A model generated the notes under the pieces. It made no database searches. It saw only the letters and a list, made by a program, of their open reading frames with translations, and had not been told where the DNA came from. From Octopus sinensis (taxonomy: Eukaryota): a stretch of 64,000 nucleotides of DNA. Both the position numbers and the translations under genes were made by a program. Position 1 is the first letter of the stretch. Each line of letters starts with the position of its first letter. The DNA lies in the NCBI RefSeq assembly GCF_006345805.1, contig NW_021835480.1, positions 1 to 64,000 of the forward strand. The letters are read 5' to 3'. Shown piece after piece: positions 52,446 to 64,000 of this stretch.

Positions 52446-52959
52446 CTAGCATTATCGCCCGGCGTTGCTCGGGTTTGTAAGGGAAATAACTATATAAGCA
52501 TTTTTAGAGAGTTACTTCCCTTATAGATGCCAATTCGGGCTTTCTTAGCCATTTCTGTTTTGGTGTCTTCAAGCCATGAAGTCGTTGTTCTAAAAGAACG
52601 CTGGTCTCCTTGACAACGCTTTACGACGTTGATTTCCTTACACTCCCTTCCCCACAGCTTCACGAGGGAGGGAAGAAGGGGGAGAAGCAAACAGGTGCAG
52701 GTGTGACCATGGACGCCAACTCCGCCGCCATCGACACACGAAAAAATATGCATTAAAATGGAATAAAAAATTATGTTAAATTTTTTTTTTAAATTGTTGA
52801 CTCATCGTAGACGCGCGCTAATACTCAGACGGGCTCGATATGAATCACTACTATAAGATACCCGAATTTGGTTAAACTGCACCGCAAAATGTGGGAGGAG
52901 TTAGGAATCTAAATCGAAGGGGACAGACACTCACACAACTACAGTTTTATATATATAGA
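52446..52959 (-). mobile_element. Non-autonomous Helitron-like element, copy 2, with an extra internal segment
   Basis: Same termini as 45245-45644 (A|TC, hairpin, CTAG|T); about 215 bp (52525-52740) is absent from copy 1. Confidence 0.75.
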
Positions 52960-53054
52960 TATTATTGGGATTTGTCTTTTAAAAAATGTTAACATATTTT
53001 GTGTATTATCGAAGTATAACGAATTTAATCTTTTATTCTATTATTCTTTTTTTT

Positions 53055-53510
53055 TTCTTTTACTTGTATCAGTCATTTGACTGCGGTCATGCTGGAGCAC
53101 CACCTTTTTTAGTCGAAGAAATCACCCCCAGGACTTACTCATTCTATTGGTACTAATTCCTTTGGACCCTTTTGCCGAACCACTAGATTACGGAGACGTA
53201 AACACACCAGCATCGGTTGTCAAGCGATGGGAAGGGGTGGAGACAAACACACGCAAATATACACACATAAATATATATGTAAATACATATAGGACGAGCT
53301 TCTTTCAGTTTCCTTCTGCCAAATCAGCTCACAAGGTTTTGGTGGTCCGAGGCTATAGTAAAAGACACTTGCCCAAGGTGATACGCAGTGAGACTGAACA
53401 CAGAACCATGCGGTTGGGAGGCAGGCTTCTTAGCACACAGCTACGCCTGAAACAAAATCTTATAAAGACACCGAGGAGTCACACAGACCGTTGTGTAAAA
53501 CCACTGAGCT
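53055..53510 (-). mobile_element. Diverged SINE family B copy
   Basis: Homology to family B across the tail, CORE-like motif and head. Confidence 0.7.
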
Positions 53511-53857
53511 AGATATAACACATTCCATAAAAATAGAAGCGCACATTATACTTTGATAATTTAGTCCTACATACAAATGTATTAGAAAAAGACGAGGCGA
53601 TCATGTCCAGGACGCCCTTAGTCATAAATCTGCTTTTATTGGAGACCTGCTAAACAGAATTATTTAACTTCCATCAGGAAATTAGTTTTGCAAACCTTTG
53701 ACTAGGAACGAGGTAAGCGTTAAGAGTTATTGAATGAAGTCGTTAATAGAATTCATCTCAACCTATACGTGGAGGCTATGAGACACACTGGCGCAGCTGT
53801 TTTGGTGCTGCCTTTATAGCGTCGCTGATTCGACGGTATCTTATTTTACATCTGACG

Positions 53858-53891
<34 letters not shown>

Positions 53892-54715
53892 TTCTCACAG
53901 TTTATGTATGTATGTGTGTACGCATCTAGTTATATCTGCATATATATATATCAATAATACTATACTTCTTCCACGACCTCGCGTTGTTGTGTTTTCTCTT
54001 TGTGTTTTCATATATTTATATATGCAGATATAACTAGATGCGTACACACATAAACATATATATGTGTGTGTGTGTGTGTGTGTGTTGCTGTTTGTTCCTT
54101 CTCGAGCCATGCTTGGCACCTAAGGGCCGGTTTCTCTAGCGTAGTTTCTCTGGACGGGACGCCGCTCCGTGGCAGAGTTGCTCATTTTAACCAGATAGGT
54201 GGACTGGAGTTACATGAACAGAATTGTTTTGCTCAAGAACACAACGCATCTCCCTATCCAAGAATTGAAATCGCAACGTACTTACTCTCACCGAAACATG
54301 TCCAGTAAGCCGTGTCAAAATGTCAACATCCAAACAACCACACCCAATAGTCTCATTCGGATAAGTAGAACATTTATATCGATTCCTAAGAAATAAAGTC
54401 AACAAAATGATAATGCACCAAAAGTGATTGAAATTCATAGAGCTTTTACTTCTTAAAGCTTTTAATTCGTTTCGTTGGCGTTTCTTTCAAAATGACAAGC
54501 TAATCATTAAAAGTATTATTGTGAGATATAAACAAGGCACAGGCGTGGCTGTGTGGTTAGAAAATTGCCTCCAAATCACACGGTTCCGGATTCGGTCCCA
54601 CTGCGTGACACCTTGGTTGAGTGAGTGTTTTCTGCTATAACATCTGGCCAGCCAAAGCCTTCTGATTAGGTTTGGTAGATGAAAACTGAAAGAAGTCCGT
54701 CGTGGATGTGTATAT

Positions 54716-54951
54716 ACAATTATAAATAAGGGCAAAAGAAAAAATGTCTATGCCAATATGCTGAAAAATTAGACTTTATATCGTCTAAACACATAAATAT
54801 TTCACTATAAATACATGTTAGCTTGCTTTCCTCGTCTCAACACGCTGTGTATTTATAGTGAAATATTGAATGTGGTTAGACAATGTAAAGTCTATTTTAT
54901 TTTCAGCATATTGGCATAGGAAATGTTTCTTTTGCCCTTATTTATAATTGT
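54716..54951. mobile_element. 236-bp fold-back (MITE-like) element nested in a SINE B copy
   Basis: Arms of about 100 bp (ACAATTATAAATAAGGGCAAAAGAAA... / ...TTTCTTTTGCCCTTATTTATAATTGT) around a ~30-nt spacer. The SINE B head lies at 54535-54715 and its 3' part resumes near 55090. Confidence 0.75.
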
Positions 54952-55446
54952 TTATAATTTTCACCATAAAAGGTATTTTAATATGCTGGCAACTGATAAG
55001 ATTTAAAAAAAAAAAATGTAATGCTTATATTAGAAGTAAATTTACATATATATATATATTATATATATATATTATATATATATATATTTAGTGTTTTTGT
55101 GATTGTCCTCCACCACCACATTATAACCCTTGTTGGTTTGTTTACGTCCGCGAACTTAGCGGTTCGGCAAAGGGGGTGCTAGAATAAATGCCAAGCTAAA
55201 TAAATACTGCAGTCGATTCACTGTATTCTTTTAACAATAATTCATATAAAAGTTATTTCTCAAAAATAGGTTTCTCTGCTGTTATTCTATTAAATGAAAT
55301 TAATCGTTAGAAAGGAAGGTCAATTAATTTTTGTTTTTACCAGTTCGTCGATGAAAAGAATAGGTTTTTGATGCAGGTATACTGTTACATAAAAGGGGTG
55401 TGGGCGATTTCATCGTCACCAGTACTAGCCTGGTATTTTATGTGTT

Positions 55447-55897
55447 CCAGGCGTGGCTGTGTGGTATGAAGCTTGCTTCCAACCACAAGGTTCCAGGTTC
55501 AGTCTCACTGTGTGGCACCTTGGGCAAGAGTCTTTTAATGTAACCTCTGGCTAACCAAAGCCTTCTGAGTGGATTTGGAAGACGGAAACTGAAAGAAGCT
55601 CGCCGTGTATATATGTGTGTGAGTGTGTCTGTGTTTGCCCCCCCCACACACACACACCACTTAACAACTGGTGTTGGTGTGTTTACATCCCCGTAACCTA
55701 GCGGTTCGGCAAAAGACAACGTTAGATTAAAAAATAAGTCCGGGCTCGATTTGTTCGACTTACCAACCACATGGTTCCGGGTTTATTCCCACTGGGTGGC
55801 ACCTTGGGCAAGTGTCTTCTACTATAGCCTCGGGCCGACCAAAGCCTTGTGAGTGGATTTGGTAGACGGAAACTGAAAGAAGCCCGTCGTATATATG

Positions 55898-55992
<95 letters not shown>

Positions 55993-55995
55993 ATG

Positions 55996-56055
<60 letters not shown>

Positions 56056-56320
56056 TGTATGTATGTATGTATGAGTGTATATTTATGTGTGTGTATGTGT
56101 ATATGTTTCTGTATCTGTGTTTGCCCCCCCCCCCAACATCGCTTGACAACTGATGCTGGTGCGTCTACGTCCCCGTAACCTAGCAGTTCGGCAAAAGAGA
56201 CCGATAGAATAAGTACTTAGCTTACAAATAATAGGTCCTGGGGTCGATTTGCTCGACTAAATACGGTGCTCCTGCATGGCCACAATCAAATGACTGAAGC
56301 AAGTAAAAGATTAAAAGAGT
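55447..56320 (+). mobile_element. Two adjacent SINE family B copies
   Basis: Copy 1 spans about 55447-55757 and is 3'-truncated; copy 2 spans about 55760-56320 and is 5'-truncated. Confidence 0.8.
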
Positions 56321-58935
56321 AAGGCGGTATCCCAGCATAGTTGCAGTCAAATAAACGAAACAAGTAGACGAAGTATGAAACAAAAAAATTGACAACTCCC
56401 CTAATTTGAATTTAGATGTATAAAGGGACACAAATTGGATTCAAATTTTGACACAACGCCACCAATTTTTGAGGAGGTTGTAAGTCGGTTACATCGACTT
56501 CAGTACTCAACTTATTCTTATTTTATCGACCCCGAAGAGTTGAAAGGCAAAATCGACATCGCAGAAATTTCAACTCAGAACGTAAAATGAAGGGGCATAA
56601 ATTAAAACTACAATTAAAATTCATTTCAAATTTAGGCATAAGACCCGCAATTTCGGGGAATGGAGTAAGTCGATTACATCGACCTCAGTACTCAACTGAT
56701 ACTTATTTTATCGATCCCGAAATGATGAAAAGCAAAGTCAACATCGGTGGAATTTGGACTCGGAAAGGTAAAGACGGACGAAATGCGAAGCATTTTTCCC
56801 GGCACAGTAACGATTCTGCTTGCTCACCACCTTATAAAAGAGGCATGGATTAGAACTACAAATAATACTAATTGTCTCAAATTTAGGCGCAAGGCAAGTA
56901 AATTTGACGGGTGAAGTTAGTCGATAACATTTTATTTATACTTTATTTTATCGACCCCCACCCCCCAAAAAAAGATGAAAGGCAAATTTGGCCTCAGCGG
57001 AATTTTGATTCAAAACGAAAAGCGTTCTACCAAACTGCAGTCATAATTATAACAATAATCCCGAGAATGTAGATAAGTGTTGCTCAACCGGTTCTTTCGC
57101 TCCAGCGCCTTGATTTGACCTTGTAAATCTTTAAAGCCACCCGACCCAAGTTAAGCAGTTTTTCTCCCTTCATCCCTATTATTGCTATCTGACCTTTGAA
57201 ATTCACCCGCCCTACCCACTAAATTTTCTATAACAACCTCTTTTAAGAAAATTTGTCGTAGATATAGCTAACCCTATGTATATGAATATTAGTTTCAAAT
57301 TTTAGCATAAGATCTGTACTTTTGTTCAAATCGTACTTCGAATATCAACCCCCGAAATATTGACAGGATACTGAATCGTGCTTGGTAAATGACTAGACTA
57401 TAATATTATCATGTTGAAATCGAAGTTGCTCCTGTGGTGGTTAGTTTTGTTTAGCCCAAATTCAGCCTAAATCTAGATGATGCATGATCAATGATGTCGG
57501 AGCTGTGACCGACTTGTCTTTTAGAGATATTTCGAACAACATTACTCAACGTGTCCTTTCTTTATCTAAGACAATAGAAGGAAATTTGAAGGAAATGTGA
57601 CTGCTGTTTCTAACCAGTGGAGCAAAGGTAGTTGCTGGCAGATGTAATGAACTACTACTGTGTATGATCAAGAAACAGATAGCATCGCTAAAATGGAAAA
57701 TCACTTCTAACGGTTATGTTTTAAATTTCCCGCTTTTAAATATAGACAAACATTGATTTTATTACTAAAACATGCTAAAGTCTCTCCTATGAGTCACATA
57801 TAATGTTCTAAAGAAGCCTGCCTTTAGATATGAGCATAAAAATAATGCACGCTATAGATAATGTTCAGAGAAGTTTGGCAGCGTAACTTATCAACTGATT
57901 TAGCGAAATTGAATTCTATTTTTTCTATACTGGCATTCTTTTAGCTATTGAAAGTGGCGGATTAAAGAAACAATGCATTATAACATTTGTAAGGCACCTC
58001 TAACATACAATAGAAAACTGGTTAGGTAAACAAGTAAAGGAAGAAAGATAACCCACGCGAGTCTAGCAAATCCTTCCTTACATAAAAAAACATGAATGAA
58101 TGAATAAATAATAAACAATAAAAATAAAAATAAAATAAGTAAATAAATATATAAATATCATATGATAAGAAGTTACGAAATAAACTGAGAATGGTGAAAT
58201 ATATCTTAAATTCCTTAAAACGGTGAATATCCACGTTACATAATAGCCTTAAGAAGGTGATGGAAAAGATCTAATAAGACTACACATTCGATAAGTTTTC
58301 ATTTTTTTATAATGAAGTAAAAATAGAAATAGAGAAGATAACCACAAAAGAATTAAAACCACGATTGTAGCCTATTGTCTCTCTTATTTCTTTTTCAGGC
58401 ACGTTATTACAGCAAAAATTCGATTTTCGTCATTGGTACAAAATCAGACGCTTATAGGGAATGCTATAGCCTATAGAACTCATACAATCCGGTATTTATT
58501 TTATCGAATCTAGAAAGAAGAATGCACAAAGTTTTTGTGAGAACTTAATACAAACTACTAGACAGGGACAACAAACACGCACACCACTAATTCTGTAATT
58601 AAATACCTATATAATACCAGAAATAATACCCGGATGATTGTACTAAAGAAATACGAATCGAAAACAAGTGCACAAATTACTACATTTGATGTGAAAGGAG
58701 CACTAAAGATAGTCTCTTAGTGGAAAATCCATGAAACAGTTAAAAATTATGTGTGGTCCTTCTCAGTAAAGTCATGCTGTATCCTCTTAACCAATCATGA
58801 AAAATGAACTGGATGTATCTCGATATCATATAATTGGGTGAGATTGTGTTGGTCCCAAGAAGGAGTCAAGAAGCTACCGACTGTTTTTATTAATATATAT
58901 ATATACATACATATATACATTCATATATACATTCA

Positions 58936-58980
<45 letters not shown>

Positions 58981-59344
58981 TATACAACGGGTTTCTTTCA
59001 ATTTCCCTCTACCAAATCCAAACTCAAGGTTATAGTTGGACCAAGGCTATAAAAGACACTTGTTCAAGATGTCATGCAGAGGGACTGAACCCGGAACAAT
59101 GCAGTTAGAAGCAAAATTCTTACCACAGAGACACTCCTCCAGAAGATGACAAGTAAAGTCCACTACCTATTGCAGTGGTGGTGAGGTTATCTGCTCTACC
59201 CGTTTAGGGTACTGTTGGATAGGGTACTGGATGCGAGTGAACACGGGTAGGTGGATTGACTCAAGGCTTAAACAGGCTAGAGAGCAAACATGTGCTATAA
59301 CAATAGTGGATTGAATATTCTATGCCACGCTTGTGATATATATG

Positions 59345-59371
<27 letters not shown>

Positions 59372-59376
<5 letters not shown>

Positions 59377-59578
59377 ACCGCGTGTGTACCGTTGGCGATT
59401 TTTTTCCTCTGTCTTCCCTTCTCTGGATCTTTCCTTCTCCTATGTTTCCGACGAAGAGCTCCGCTCGAAACGTTTAACTCTCCTTCTTTCCTTCTTTCCT
59501 GAGCGTCCAATAATACTATATTTGTTCCACGTCCTCGCGTTGTTGAGTTTTTTTGTGCCTTCATGTTTGGATTAACTA
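59372..59578 (+). mobile_element. Hammerhead-motif repeat, copy B
   Basis: Contains GTTT-CCGACGA-A-GAGC(TCC)GCTC-GAAA-CGT-TTAAC at 59444-59478. Confidence 0.7.
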
Positions 59579-60055
59579 CAGATATAAATATATATATATA
59601 TGTACAGAATGAGGGAGATTCATACATGCACACATACATATAATAAGAATATTCATTTAAATCTACCAATATACCTACAGCGGTAACGAGAAAAAATATT
59701 CTACGAGGAATTCCATTGGTTATGCAATTTGATAATGGGCGTGTCACGTGAGTGATTGAGGTCAACTCGGTACAATCGATAGAAGAATGTTGAGTCAATA
59801 TAAAATGAGAGGCGAATTATGACAAGAAAAACAAACTGTAAATAAAATCTCTACACAAATGTGTGTGTGTGTGTGTGTGTTTGTGTAAAACAAGTTTAAG
59901 GAGTATATAAATATACAGCTTTGTCGGTGTTAAAAATACAAAGTGCAACGTAAAGAAATGCGTAGGTGTCACAGACATCTATACATACATACATACATAC
60001 ATACATACATACATACATACATACATACATACATACATACATACATACATTATAT

Positions 60056-60545
60056 GGCTGCCCCCTCGTTATTGAGTATGGCCTTTGCACGAAGCTTAAC
60101 TGTTACTGGTGCTGTGATCGAACGTGACTTTTTAGCCCAGCTAAAGATCTACAATGTCTTGTACAAAATTGGCAACTAAAACCTTTACTGGTAATAGCCG
60201 GATGTAGTTGTAACTGGGCTTCATGTACCTTTGCATGTCGTTTAAGTCCTCCTGCCGAATTACACTCTCTTCCACATGCCTGACATATATGATTAGTATG
60301 GTGTATTACACCACCACCAGTGGCCAGGTTGTCACTCATCTGTCTCGTTTTATGACTACGAAGATGCTTTTTGAGTCCAGCTTTACTGAGGCAGGGTCTT
60401 GCACAGACATTGCATGTCAGCATCAAAGGAAGACCCTTCCCTTCTGGAAGTGTAACATCGATGCCCCTCCTGACATCCCTCCTTACTTTCTCATGTGCAA
60501 CTCGAGATTTCTCAAAAGTGGCTGTCCCCTCATGCACAATCCTTC
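60056..60545 (-). mobile_element. RTE-clade LINE 3' end encoding three C2H2 zinc fingers
   Basis: ORF 60103-60537 contains CNVC..SKAGLKKHLRSH, CQAC..SAGGLKRHAKVH and CQFC..SLAGLKSHVRSQH. Its short 3' tail GGCCATACTC..TAACGAGGGGGCAGCC recurs at 61537-61580 (+). Confidence 0.7.
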
Positions 60546-60890
60546 TCCACCTGAGTTCAGTCCCACTGTGTGGTAACTTGGCGTGTGTCTACTGCTATAG
60601 CCTCATACCAACCAAAGCCTTGTCAGTGGATTTTGTAGACGGAAACTGAAAGAAATCAATTGTATGTATATGTATGTATATATGTAAGTCTATGCGTGTG
60701 CCTTTGTGTTTCTCCCTAATCACTGCTTCACAACTGGTGTTCGTTTATTTACATTGCCATTACTTACTGGTTTCACAAGAAGAAACTGATAGAATAAGTA
60801 CCAGGCATATCAAAAGCACTATGCAGTGTCTCATATTTTTGTTTGCCCACTCAGTTGTATCTATCAATTTATCTTTGGTGTGTGTGTGTG

Positions 60891-60940
<50 letters not shown>

Positions 60941-60972
60941 TATTATATATCTATATATATATATATATAAAA

Positions 60973-61027
<55 letters not shown>

Positions 61028-61674
61028 TGTGTCAGGTCACTTTTGAGTGCTACTGGTAACATGTAACCCAGTACAACCTGTTGCATGGTCAGGTCGTCGG
61101 GGACTAAACCGGCAACCCCCAACAAGCTTGCTTGGTGAGGAGGGTGTTTATTGGACACCCTGCGGGATGAAAAACAAAACCCGTCAAAGGGCAGAAGAAC
61201 TCTTGAGAGTCAACGGCCATCCAATACATGTCTTAAGGTTGTATCATGCGCGGGGACATAAAAATAATCGGAATGAATACCCGATCGCGCACTTTAGCCA
61301 GTGGGAGTGAAGGACTCCTAGCCTTTATTAGGGCATCCTTCTAGGAGAAGGTAAGTCAAGTAACTGGGATGACTCGACATAAAACCTGCGGGTCAGTGGT
61401 TACCGATGATGTTGATTTGTTCTTCTTTTCGGATTATGGCTGCTGTTGCTTAGTGAGTGGGATTGACTCAGTGCACAGCCTTTCCTCACTTTAAAAAAAA
61501 TCTTCTTGCACAGGCATTGCACGATAACAACATTAATTAAGCTTCGTGCAATGGCCATACTCGATAACGAGGGGGCAGCCACTATATATATATATATATA
61601 TATGGATTTCGAGGACAGGAACTGAAACAAATCAATCGTATATATATGTATGTATATATGTAAGTGTATGTGTT

Positions 61675-61935
61675 TTGGTATTGGCTACATGAATGACAAT
61701 GGCCAGAGACTACTTGAATTTTGCACAAACCATAACCTGTGCATCACTAACACATTCTTTGCCAACAAGACATCCCACAAGGCATCTTGGAGACATCCAA
61801 GATCTCACCACTGGATCTCATCATTACACGAAGATCCTTTCTGAATTCTGTTCAACTGACTCGTAGCTACCACAGCGCGGATTGTGACACAGATCATTCA
61901 CTAATAAGAAGCAGGGTGAGGATTCTGCCTAAAAA
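61675..61935 (+). pseudogene. RTE-clade apurinic-like endonuclease fragment
   Basis: GIGYMNDNGQRLLEFCTNHNLCITNTFF..K..HKASWRHPRSHHW / LDLIITRR..LNSV..TRSYHSADCDTDHSLI. Confidence 0.88.
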
Positions 61936-62154
61936 ATATGGGAATGTAGAAAGCAAGAATAGTTGGAAAAAATATGAGATATATATATTATGATCTTACA
62001 TAGATTATTAATAAAATGATTTTTAAACAAAATATTATTATAGAATGCAAAATTAAAATATTATAAAAGTGGAACTGTCATTTTTTTTTTTTTACATTTA
62101 ATATGAAACAAAATGTTTGCGTATCAAAAGCACTACAATAATGCAAATGTGGTG

Positions 62155-62390
62155 AAGGCGGCGAGCTGACCGAAACGTTGCAGTCTGGCAAAATGCTTAG
62201 CAGCTTTTTGTCCATCTTTACGTTCTGAGTTCAAATTTGACTTTGCCTTTCGACGACTTTGGCCTTTCATTTTTCCAGAGTCGATAAAATAAGTACAAGT
62301 TGAACAGTGGGATCGATAAAGTATGTACCAGTTGAACATGGGGTCGCTGCAATACCCGAAATTCCTGGCCTTGTGCTAAAATATGAAGCC
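62155..62390 (+). mobile_element. Decayed SINE family C (tail type 2)
   Basis: AAGGCGGCGAGCTG head, B-box and central domain. Other decayed copies lie at about 50820-51010 (+) and 56440-57010 (-). Confidence 0.65.
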
Positions 62391-62561
62391 ACTATTACAA
62401 ATAACCATAGTGATAAATTTTAAAATATAGATATGGAAACTAGCTTCCAGTATTTATCTTCAACTGAAAACATGTACGGGAATATTTTATATACGACTGT
62501 ACGTTTTCCCAACACGTTGCTTTATATATACCACACACACACCACCCACACACCACACCAC

Positions 62562-62675
<114 letters not shown>

Positions 62676-63099
62676 TATATATAAACTAGACCGGTTAATT
62701 AATATTGAAAATTTCATCTGTTACTTTTTAGTGTTTCAGTTCTATATTACGGCCATGCTGGGGCACCACCTTGAAGAATTTTAGTCGGAGAAATTGACCA
62801 CAATACTTATTTTTGTAGCATGCGCATACACACATACATATATAAATGTGTGTGTGTGTTTTCGTCTACCAAATCCACTCACAGGGGTTTTGGTGGCCCG
62901 TGGTTAGAGAAGAAGACACTAGCCCAATGTGCTATGTAGTGGGACTGAACCTAGAACCATGTAGTTGGGAAGCAAACTTCTTACCGCACAGTCACACCTT
63001 CAGTTTTGATGTACATATGATAAAATATCGTTGTTCCTTCATGAAAAGGGGTTCCTTGCAGTGAACACATCCTGTTGTGTATACTATCGTATATGTGGA

Positions 63100-63395
63100 A
63101 ACGCAATGGCCCAGTGGTTAGGGCAGCAGACTCGCAGTCGGAGGACCACGGTTTCAATTCCCAGACCGGGCATTGTGTGTGTCTATTGAGCGAAAACACC
63201 TAAAACTCCACGAGACTCCAGCAGGGATTGGGTGACCCCTGTTGTACTCTTTCGCCCCAACTTTCTCTCATTCTCTCTTCCTGTTTCTTGAGTAACGCTG
63301 CGATGGACTGGCGTCCCGTCTACCTGGAGGGAACATATATGCCACAGAAACCGGGAAACCGTTCCCATGAGCCTGGCTAGGCTTGAAAAGGGTGC
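63100..63395 (+). mobile_element. SINE family A copy with a fourth tail type, followed by (TAAA)n
   Basis: tRNA-like head; 3' module CTGCGATGGACTGGCGTCCCGTC...GGCTAGGCTTGAAAAGGGTGCA. Confidence 0.75.
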
Positions 63396-63396
63396 A

Positions 63397-63431
<35 letters not shown>

Positions 63432-63590
63432 GCAGGAGTGGCTGTGTGGTAAGTAGCTTGCTAACCAACCACATGGTTCCGGGTTCAGTCCCACTGCGTG
63501 GCATCTTGGGCAAGTGTCTTCTGCTATAACCCCGGGCCGACCAATGCCTTGTGAGTGGATTTGGTAGACGGAAACTGAAAGAAGCCTGTC

Positions 63591-63640
<50 letters not shown>

Positions 63641-63660
63641 ATATATATATGTGCCTGTCG

Positions 63661-63731
<71 letters not shown>

Positions 63732-63935
63732 TTGTGTGTCTGTGTTTGTCCCCCTAGCATTGCTTGACAACCGATGCTGGTGTGTTTACGTCCCCGTCAC
63801 TTAGCGGTTCGGCAAAAGAGACCGATAGAATAAGTACTGGGCTTACAAAGAATAAGTCCTGGGGTCGATTTGCTCGACTAAAAGACGGTGCTCCAGCATG
63901 GCCGTAGTCAAATGACTGAAACAAGTAAAAGAGTA
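63432..63935 (+). mobile_element. SINE family B, near full length
   Basis: Head, CORE-like motif, duplicated internal (TA)n(TG)n block and GTAAAAGAG tail. Confidence 0.85.
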
Positions 63936-64000
63936 AATAAATACTATTGTGTATATCTGTTTAGAATATTTAAATTCTAAGGCACGTAAGGGATGGTACC

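Noticed and set aside
61050-61410. GC-richer segment resembling an RTE 5' UTR, examined for an HDV-like ribozyme
   Set aside because: I could not assemble P1, P2, P3 and P1.1 by eye, and its identity as a 5' UTR is only tentative.

Overview
AT-rich eukaryotic genomic DNA, most likely from an octopus or other coleoid cephalopod. This is inferred from the tRNA-derived SINE families and the extreme load of (AT)n, (ATAC)n, (GATA)n, (AAT)n, (AGT)n and (GAT)n microsatellites. I recognise no host protein-coding gene, so the window looks intronic or intergenic, and most ORFs in the supplied track are translated microsatellites. Coding remnants are all from mobile elements: a 5'-truncated R4/Dong-type RT plus restriction-like-endonuclease retrotransposon set in (AAT)n (38609-40567), RTE-clade LINE fragments (one ending in three C2H2 fingers), two L1/Tx1-like 3' ends set in (GATA)n, a Penelope-like GIY-YIG remnant that the ORF track misses, and three decayed Tc1/mariner remnants. 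Non-coding repeats include three SINE families, three Helitron-like elements, a pogo-like MITE and fold-back elements. The most interesting signals are: (1) several hammerhead-ribozyme motifs, including a near-intact type I hammerhead at 448-495 inside a 478-bp unit bounded by direct repeats and preceded by an inverted arm (Penelope pLTR or retrozyme-like), and a dispersed repeat carrying a CCGACGA-core variant; (2) retroelements apparently targeting microsatellites, (AAT)n for R4 and possibly (GATA)n for a Tx1-like family; (3) a SINE that shares its 3' stem-loop tail with that Tx1-like LINE and inserts as 2-3-unit multimers under a single target-site duplication (TSD); (4) a 28-bp pre-miRNA-like hairpin. 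All family assignments come from motif recognition by eye; no database searches or folding programs were run.
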